From the IMG/VR virus record IMGVR_UViG_3300028666_000024, positions 128,001 through 169,231 of that record: a stretch of DNA of 41,231 nucleotides; one strand, written 5' to 3'. The notes beneath the pieces are model-generated. The model was given only the letters and a program-made list of their open reading frames with translations. It was not told the DNA's origin and made no database searches. Below, one piece after another: positions 35,309-41,231 of the stretch. Positions within the stretch are counted from its first letter, which is position 1. Every line of letters begins with the position of its first letter. The position numbers were made by a program, and so were the translations under genes. Source of the DNA: a virus (Duplodnaviria > Heunggongvirae > Uroviricota > Caudoviricetes).

Positions 35309-36010
35309 ATGTCACAACTAACTGAACGGCCTTTAAAAGAACAAATAAATAAATTCAAGAAGAATAAAGAGATAGAGAATGAAATGATAAAGAATCTCTA
35401 TAACTCTCTTCTTCCACATCACAAAAATCTTCAGTTGGATATTCTCGACCGTGAAAAAATATTTTCTTCAGATGTAGGCAGTCAGGAAGATGTTGAAAAA
35501 ATTATAATTCCTTTTCAAATTTTTAAAATTGTTCTTAAAGATTTTTTCAATATTATTGCAACAGGACATAAGGTTTGGAATAATTATTATAATCATTTAA
35601 AAGGAATTGAATATTTTGTAAAGTTTGAAAATGATTATAAAGAGCATTGGTATAAAAATCCAAACTCTGTTATCAAAGCAGTTTCTAAATTTGTTGAAGA
35701 AGAAACTACTCGCCGGGATATTGTGGGGAAAGAAGAAAAGATTTATCAATCAGGATTAGAAACTATAAAACTTTTAAATTCATCAGCAAATTGTTTTTTT
35801 GTTGTAAAAACGTATAGCAAATTCGAACCGAGTAATAAACCAACTTCGCTTGTTCAAATTATTTATCCAAATGAATTTTCTTTTGTTATGAGTATTAATC
35901 CGGCGGAATATGTAAAGGATAAAGGAGTACCAGTTGATTTGAAAATTTGTTCAATAGATGTTTCAAAGTTGAATTTTGAAAAACTTGTAGAAACTCTTTC
36001 GAAAATTTAA
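35309..36010 (+). CDS. Hypothetical protein
   Basis: GAGGT RBS, 233-aa ORF. Confidence 0.75.
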   Translation: MSQLTERPLKEQINKFKKNKEIENEMIKNLYNSLLPHHKNLQLDILDREKIFSSDVGSQEDVEKIIIPFQIFKIVLKDFFNIIATGHKVWNNYYNHLKGIEYFVKFENDYKEHWYKNPNSVIKAVSKFVEEETTRRDIVGKEEKIYQSGLETIKLLNSSANCFFVVKTYSKFEPSNKPTSLVQIIYPNEFSFVMSINPAEYVKDKGVPVDLKICSIDVSKLNFEKLVETLSKI

Positions 36011-36024
36011 TAAGGAAATTTGAA

Positions 36025-36378
36025 ATGAATTTTAAAAAATATCCGAAGGAGTTAAGAATAATGATTAAACATAATATAGTATTTGAAGCAGATAAAACCA
36101 AACAACAAACCGTCTGCGTTATTGGTAATGGTGATGTTTGTTGTGGTTTCAAAACCCTTGATAAATCTTTAAACTTTTATAAGATTAAAAAGGGAACTTT
36201 CAAATCCGGCAAAGTTGATTTTAAAGAATTTGATAAAGTTGTCAAAGACAAGAAACCAGATTTAATTCTGAAGATAACTAATATCAAAACATTAAACGTT
36301 ATTCAAAAATGTCTTGATATATTATATGGAGTTTTACTACAGAAATCTCTTTCAAAATCTTTAAAGGACATTAATTAA
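36025..36378 (+). CDS. Hypothetical protein
   Basis: AAGGA RBS, 117-aa ORF. Confidence 0.7.
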   Translation: MNFKKYPKELRIMIKHNIVFEADKTKQQTVCVIGNGDVCCGFKTLDKSLNFYKIKKGTFKSGKVDFKEFDKVVKDKKPDLILKITNIKTLNVIQKCLDILYGVLLQKSLSKSLKDIN

Positions 36379-36379
36379 T

Positions 36380-37516
36380 ATGTGTAACTCAGCCTCGTTC
36401 ATCGTAACTCAAAATGATGTTTTGTTTTCCAAATATTCAGATAGTCATGAAGATATCATATCGGAAAATAAATTGAATGACAAAACAGATACACCTGATT
36501 TTGTTCGAATAGAAATCTCTCCAAAGGATAATGATTATCGAACTCCTATAGAGAGTTGGATATTTAAAACAGATCAGGATTTTCTGCCGGAATGGTTTAA
36601 TATCAAAGAATCAGAAATTGCTTGTCGAGATAAAATGAACGAATGGGCGAAAACTCATATCATTCGAAAAGATACAAAAATTCCAATTGAGTTAACCAAA
36701 CTGAATTTGATTATTTTATCCGGTAATGTGACAATCAATACAGTGTCTGCTGGATATGTCAGGAGTTATAATAAATCCAAACTGACAATCAATACATTAT
36801 CTGGTGGATATGTCCGGAGTTATGATACCACCAAACTGACAATCAATACAGTGTCTGGTGGATATGTCCGGAGTTTTGATACCTCCAAACTGACAATCAA
36901 TACAATATCTGGTGGATATGTCCGGAATTATAATACCTCCAAACTGATAATCAATACAGTGTCTGGTGGATATGTCTGGAGTTTTGATACCTCCAAAGTG
37001 ACAATCGATACAGTGTCTGGTGGATATGTCCGGAGTTATCATACATCCAAAGTGACAATCAATACATTGTCTGGTGGAGATCTCTGGAGTTATAATACCT
37101 CCAAAGTGACAATTGATACAGTGTCTGGTAGAGATGTTAGGAGTTGTGATACCTCCAAACTGACAATCAATACAGTGTCTGGTGGAGATGTCAGGAGTTG
37201 TGCTACCTCCAAACTAACAATCAATACATTATCTGGTGGAGATGTCCGGAGTTTTGATACCTCCAATGTGACAATCGATACAGTGTCTGGTAGAGATGTT
37301 AGGAGTTGTGATACCTCCAAACTAACAATCAATACATTATCTGGTGGAGATGTTAGGAGTTGTGATACCTCCAAACTGACAATCAATACAGTGTCTGGTG
37401 GATATGTCCAGAGTTTTGATACCTCCAAAATGACAATCAATACATTATCTGGTGGAGATGTCCAGAGTTATGAGACCTCCAAACTAACAATCAAAAATGA
37501 TAGGAGGAGTAAATGA
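36380..37516 (+). CDS. Variable 18-aa repeat protein, copy 2, 14 units
   Basis: Near-identical N-domain to copy 1; 54-nt repeat units. Confidence 0.85.
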   Translation: MCNSASFIVTQNDVLFSKYSDSHEDIISENKLNDKTDTPDFVRIEISPKDNDYRTPIESWIFKTDQDFLPEWFNIKESEIACRDKMNEWAKTHIIRKDTKIPIELTKLNLIILSGNVTINTVSAGYVRSYNKSKLTINTLSGGYVRSYDTTKLTINTVSGGYVRSFDTSKLTINTISGGYVRNYNTSKLIINTVSGGYVWSFDTSKVTIDTVSGGYVRSYHTSKVTINTLSGGDLWSYNTSKVTIDTVSGRDVRSCDTSKLTINTVSGGDVRSCATSKLTINTLSGGDVRSFDTSNVTIDTVSGRDVRSCDTSKLTINTLSGGDVRSCDTSKLTINTVSGGYVQSFDTSKMTINTLSGGDVQSYETSKLTIKNDRRSK

Positions 37517-37821
37517 TTATACTTATTATGCTTTGTAGTCTTGCATCAATATATTTAGTCATTACAAGTGGTCGGAATGAAAAAGTTTTTAAATTTAGAA
37601 TAAATGTTATTGATTTTGTTTTTGAATATAACATGCAACTGATTAAGGCATGTTGTAAAAATTTGGAAGAGCTTCAAAAGCTTAAACTTATAAACTCTGA
37701 AAATGTTCTTCCAATAAGTTATGGAAAGATGGTATGGTTGTATATCTGGATATGGGACTTTACAAAATGTATAAATCCTGAGTATAAGAAACAATATGAA
37801 GAATGGAAGAAAAACAATTAA
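37513..37821 (+). CDS. Membrane-anchored hypothetical protein
   Basis: AGGAGG RBS; hydrophobic N-terminus. Confidence 0.6.
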   Translation: MIILIMLCSLASIYLVITSGRNEKVFKFRINVIDFVFEYNMQLIKACCKNLEELQKLKLINSENVLPISYGKMVWLYIWIWDFTKCINPEYKKQYEEWKKNN

Positions 37822-37846
37822 ACTTTAACATCAAAAGGAAACAGTT

Positions 37847-38197
37847 ATGCCTATCAAAGACGAATCAGGATGGAAGAAATGTCAAGAGAATAATCAAGAT
37901 GCTTATGGTGGATGTTGTGTTAATGTTGCAAGGAAAGTTATGGAAATCCTTGACACAGAACCCGGAGACTTTGATCCACACCTTTTGATTTGTCGTGCTG
38001 ATAACGAAACAAACTCAGGAGGTATTACAGGTTATATGGCAGGTGCAGTAGCTTCTATAGTATCTAGTGTTCATTCAAGAGGAGATGAGTTCAGAAAGAA
38101 ATGGAACAATGATACTCAAATAGGAAATGAAGGCGAGGAGGCAACAGCAAAAGGCAGAACGTTGAATCCAGCACTGATTTCAATTGGAAGGAAATAA
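37847..38197 (+). CDS. Hypothetical protein
   Basis: AAGGA RBS, 116-aa ORF ending before the terminator. Confidence 0.75.
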   Translation: MPIKDESGWKKCQENNQDAYGGCCVNVARKVMEILDTEPGDFDPHLLICRADNETNSGGITGYMAGAVASIVSSVHSRGDEFRKKWNNDTQIGNEGEEATAKGRTLNPALISIGRK

Positions 38198-38201
38198 ATT
38201 T

Positions 38202-38240
38202 AAAAGGCTTTCCAAACTTTAAAAACTTGGAAAGCCTTTT
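38202..38240. terminator. Bidirectional terminator
   Basis: Perfect 14-bp inverted repeat AAAAGGCTTTCCAA/TTGGAAAGCCTTTT between convergent genes. Confidence 0.85.
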
Positions 38241-38305
38241 GAAATCTTTTTGAAATCTTTTTGAAATCTTTTTGAAATCTTTTTGAAATACTTTTGAAAT
38301 CTTTT
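38237..38305. repeat. 11-nt tandem repeat, about 6 copies (gaaatcttttt)
   Basis: Units at 38241, 38252, 38263, 38274, 38285 (variant) and 38296. Confidence 0.9.
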
Positions 38306-38606
38306 AAACTTTGACAACATTACAAAAGTTCTCCCGAAACTCCATTTTGTTTATATCATTCCCATACTTCCGATTAATTGCCGTTGCATAAATAAAACAA
38401 AACTTATTATCCTTATCCTTCCCTTTCACCATTCGAATCTTCGGGGCTATCGACTTCACAACAAATAACTCTCCCGGTTCAATAACAACATCCTCTCCCC
38501 ATGTGGTGGTTTCCTTAACAATGTTCTTAACGGTAACTTTATCTCCTACAGAAATACCATTGCAGGATAAAGGATGAAAAGATAATTTACAATTTTTACA
38601 AGACAT
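38304..38606 (-). CDS. Hypothetical protein with SH3-like module
   Basis: AAGGA RBS; ISVGDKV.V pattern. Confidence 0.65.
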   Translation of the reverse strand: MSCKNCKLSFHPLSCNGISVGDKVTVKNIVKETTTWGEDVVIEPGELFVVKSIAPKIRMVKGKDKDNKFCFIYATAINRKYGNDINKMEFRENFCNVVKV

Positions 38607-38618
38607 TTTAAATTCCTT

Positions 38619-39002
38619 TCAAACTGCTTTCTGAAGAATCTGAATAACCTCTTCAAGAATCCCTTGAGCAGCATAGATGTTGGGAGAATAGGTTCTTGCA
38701 TATCGATTAATACTTTCCTCCACAAGAATAGCAACAGTCATGGCGTTCTTCTTCATCCTCCTCTTGTCTGCTCTTTCCATTGACCTAATCTTCTTGATGT
38801 TGTTTAGAAATTTTAATTTACCTTTCCCGGCAATGAGTTTATTTATCTCCTCCTCTACCAACTTATCATTATCATCCCTTACTCCATTAATGATTTCACT
38901 ACCGATAATTTTTCCCTTATAGAAGATATCATAATAGAAGATATCATATCCACAAGGATTTGAAAAAAATTTAAAATCTGATTGTAAAAGTTTCATAGTC
39001 AT
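38619..39002 (-). CDS. Hypothetical protein
   Basis: AAGGAG RBS. Confidence 0.7.
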   Translation of the reverse strand: MTMKLLQSDFKFFSNPCGYDIFYYDIFYKGKIIGSEIINGVRDDNDKLVEEEINKLIAGKGKLKFLNNIKKIRSMERADKRRMKKNAMTVAILVEESINRYARTYSPNIYAAQGILEEVIQILQKAV

Positions 39003-39026
39003 TTTAAAACTCCTTTCAAAGATTTT

Positions 39027-39248
39027 TCAAAGGATGATAATACTTGACTTATCCGATTTGATAACTACAGCATATGCTACGATAGACTTCCCATAACACT
39101 CCGGACGGATTCGAACAATAGAATCATCAGGAACACCATCAAGAAGTTCCTTGAGATATTTGACAGTTAAAGACTTCGTTAAAGACTTCGTTAAAGACTT
39201 CGTTAAAGACTTCGTTAAAGACTTCGTTAAAGATTTATTCAATTTCAT
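39027..39248 (-). CDS. Small hypothetical protein with KSLT repeats
   Basis: GGAGG RBS before ATG 39248; TVKYLKELL..VPDD pattern. Confidence 0.65.
   Translation of the reverse strand: MKLNKSLTKSLTKSLTKSLTKSLTKSLTVKYLKELLDGVPDDSIVRIRPECYGKSIVAYAVVIKSDKSSIIIL
39166..39233 (-). repeat. 12-nt tandem repeat x5.7 (gttaaagacttc on +)
   Basis: Reverse complement equals the 33088 unit tttaacgaagtc. Confidence 0.95.
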
Positions 39249-39501
39249 TATCAATCCTCCCTATTGTCTCAGGGAAATATGCTTCTTGTAAAATATACTG
39301 ATCCTTTTTGAACATATCATTCAGAGCCTTGTAGAACTCAGGTGTTGATACAGGAATAGAGTTACCATCTTCCTCAGCAAACATATCAACACCATCTCCC
39401 ATCCCCTTACATTCTCCGGTTAAGGTATCCTCTATCTGGAAATCATGAAAGGTTTCCCTCCAGATAAACCGATGAACTTTTGAAAGTCCTTTGGAATTCA
39501 T
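39235..39501 (-). CDS. Hypothetical protein
   Basis: AAGGAG RBS before ATG 39501. Confidence 0.7.
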   Translation of the reverse strand: MNSKGLSKVHRFIWRETFHDFQIEDTLTGECKGMGDGVDMFAEEDGNSIPVSTPEFYKALNDMFKKDQYILQEAYFPETIGRIDNEIE

Positions 39502-39524
39502 TTGAAATCTCCTTTGAAAAGATT

Positions 39525-39776
39525 TTAAATAGTTTGAAACTTTTTGAGATATTCCATTCCCCAAGTTTCAATATCATCATCCGGATTATATGGAAGAATA
39601 TCAAAGTTGCCATTATAAATATCATTAGGCAAAGAAGATAATCCAGAACCATCTTTGAATTTGATGGATATCTTTAAAATCTTCTCCATCAAAGCAACTG
39701 ACGCTCCACGTATCCAAAGTTGATAACATAACATCTTGATGGTTTCTTCAGAAACTTTTTCTTTGGAAGAGTTCAT
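39525..39776 (-). CDS. Hypothetical protein
   Basis: AAGGA RBS. Confidence 0.65.
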   Translation of the reverse strand: MNSSKEKVSEETIKMLCYQLWIRGASVALMEKILKISIKFKDGSGLSSLPNDIYNGNFDILPYNPDDDIETWGMEYLKKFQTI

Positions 39777-39787
39777 AATGAATTCCT

Positions 39788-40064
39788 TTAAACCTTTTCA
39801 AGTCGTGTATTGATATGATCTTGCAAATCTTTGGAAAGACTTTCAAAAGTAATCTTCTTTCCAAGATGCTTTCCAACCTGACATGTGGAAAATTGAGAGA
39901 ATCCTGTATATGATGTTGGATAGACAAAGGCAGGGTCGAAGTCCTTTTATTTCCGCTGACTCACTCCACTCTTTACCATATATCACAACAGTATAACGGT
40001 CAAGTTGGTCTTCACCAGAATCATATATTGATATTGAAGTTCCCCGTTCAATAACATGTCTTAG
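39788..40064 (-). pseudogene. Frameshifted gene lacking an in-frame start
   Basis: Frame A reads ...IYDSGEDQLDRYTVVIYG...CLCLS; frame B continues PTSYTGFSQFSTCQVGKHLGKKITFESLSKDLQDHI...* to the next RBS; shift near 39920. Confidence 0.6.
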
Positions 40065-41012
40065 TTATCCTTTATCATTTTTGATTGTCAGTTTGGAGGT
40101 ATTTAAACTCCAAACATCTCCACCAGACACTGTATCGATTGTCACATTGGAGGTCTCATAACTCTGGACATCTCCACCAGACACTGTATCGATTGTCACA
40201 TTGGAGGTCTCATAACTCTGGACATCTCCACCAGACACTGTATCGATTGTCACATTGGAGGTATCAAAACTCCAGACACATCCACCAGACACTGTATTGA
40301 TTGTCAGTTTGGAGGTATTATAACTCCTGACATATCCACCAGACACTGTATCAAAACTCATAACATCTTCACCAGACACTGTATCGATTGTCACATTGGA
40401 GGTATCATAACTCCAGACATCTCCACCAGACACTGTATCGATTGTCACATTGGAGGTATCAAAACTCCGGACATATCCACCAGATAATGTATTGATTGTC
40501 ACTTTGGATGTATGATAACTCCGGACATATCCACCAGACACTGTATCGATTGTCACATTGGAGGTATCAAAACTCCGGACATATCCACCAGATAATGTAT
40601 TGATTGTCAGTTTGGAGGTATTATAACTCCGGACATATCCACCAGACACTGTATCGATTTTCACATTACCGGATAAAATAATCAAATTCAGTTTGGTGAA
40701 CTCAATTGGAATTTTTGTATCTTTTCGAATGATATGAGTTTTCGCCCATTCGTTTATTTTATCTCGACAGGCGATTTCTGCTTCTTTGATATTAAACCAT
40801 TCCGGCAGAAAATCCTGATCTGTTTTAAATATCCAACTCTCTATAGGAGTTCGATAATCATTATCCTTTGGAGAAATTTCTATTCGAACAAAATCAGGTG
40901 TATCTGTTTTGTCATTCAATTTATTTTCCGATATGATATCTTCATGACTATCTGAATATTTGGAAAACAAAACATCATTTTGAGTTACGATGAACGAGGC
41001 AGAGTTACACAT
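40065..41012 (-). CDS. Variable 18-aa repeat protein, copy 3, 11 units with one 7-aa in-frame deletion
   Basis: Near-identical N-domain; inverted relative to copies 1 and 2. Confidence 0.85.
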   Translation of the reverse strand: MCNSASFIVTQNDVLFSKYSDSHEDIISENKLNDKTDTPDFVRIEISPKDNDYRTPIESWIFKTDQDFLPEWFNIKEAEIACRDKINEWAKTHIIRKDTKIPIEFTKLNLIILSGNVKIDTVSGGYVRSYNTSKLTINTLSGGYVRSFDTSNVTIDTVSGGYVRSYHTSKVTINTLSGGYVRSFDTSNVTIDTVSGGDVWSYDTSNVTIDTVSGEDVMSFDTVSGGYVRSYNTSKLTINTVSGGCVWSFDTSNVTIDTVSGGDVQSYETSNVTIDTVSGGDVQSYETSNVTIDTVSGGDVWSLNTSKLTIKNDKG

Positions 41013-41030
41013 TTTGAGTTATCCTTTTAA

Positions 41031-41059
41031 AATATACAACATGCCGGGATAGAAGTCAA
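41031..41059 (-). promoter_or_regulatory. sigma70-like promoter, class B
   Basis: TTGACT-17-TATATT with upstream TTTAAATAGATTTAAAAA; spacer resembles the 29088 promoter. Confidence 0.8.
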
Positions 41060-41084
41060 ATGTTTTTAAATCTATTTAAAATTA

Positions 41085-41231
41085 TTTCAAAGTTCTTTCA
41101 AAGTTCTTTCAAAGTTCTTTCAAAGTTCTTTCAAAGTTCTTTCAAAGTTCTTTCAAAGTTCTTTCAAAGTTCTTTCAAAGTTCTTTCAAAGTTCTTTCAA
41201 AGTTCTTTCAAAGTTCTTTCAAAGTTCTTTC
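41085..41231. repeat. Perfect 11-nt tandem repeat (aaagttctttc), at least 13 copies, running off the window end
   Basis: 41089-41231 is 13 exact units. Confidence 0.95.

Noticed and set aside
34590-37495. 54-nt repeats as a CRISPR array
   Set aside because: Units are contiguous with no unique spacers, stay in frame inside ORFs, and no cas genes are present.
34240-41012. Diversity-generating retroelement driving repeat variation
   Set aside because: No reverse transcriptase or non-coding template repeat in the window, and several variable sites never show A and are limited to two states. Not excluded if an RT lies elsewhere in the genome.

Overview
A 41 kb, AT-rich (roughly 30% GC by eye) segment of a large T4-like dsDNA phage in the standard genetic code. 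The left ~22 kb holds replication and nucleotide-metabolism genes: gp59-like, gp32 SSB, gp61 primase, RuvC-like resolvase, RNase H/flap nuclease, gp4, class II RNR, tRNA-Leu(CAA), gp45 clamp, gp44/gp62 clamp loader, GroES and ThyX. It shows two classes of sigma70-like promoter and T4-type TATAAATA late promoters. The right ~19 kb is accessory. Best candidate for an undescribed system: a promoter- and terminator-bounded operon (about 22.6-25.8 kb) in which a radical SAM/SPASM-like enzyme is followed by six tandem small genes. Across the set these share mainly an N-terminal MKIRxGFVSNSSSSSF motif, conserved at protein level despite TCN/AGY serine codon switching, which suggests a phage-encoded post-translational modification system. 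Other signals: three paralogues with 9, 14 and 11 hypervariable 18-aa repeats; SH3/CAP-Gly-like proteins plus an 18-codon micro-ORF sharing a basic-FFF-acidic C-terminal tail; apparent avoidance of CCWGG; a 120-nt candidate structured RNA; several 11-12 nt tandem arrays; two GC-rich inserts; and four damaged small genes. All functional calls come from motif recognition by eye; no searches were run.
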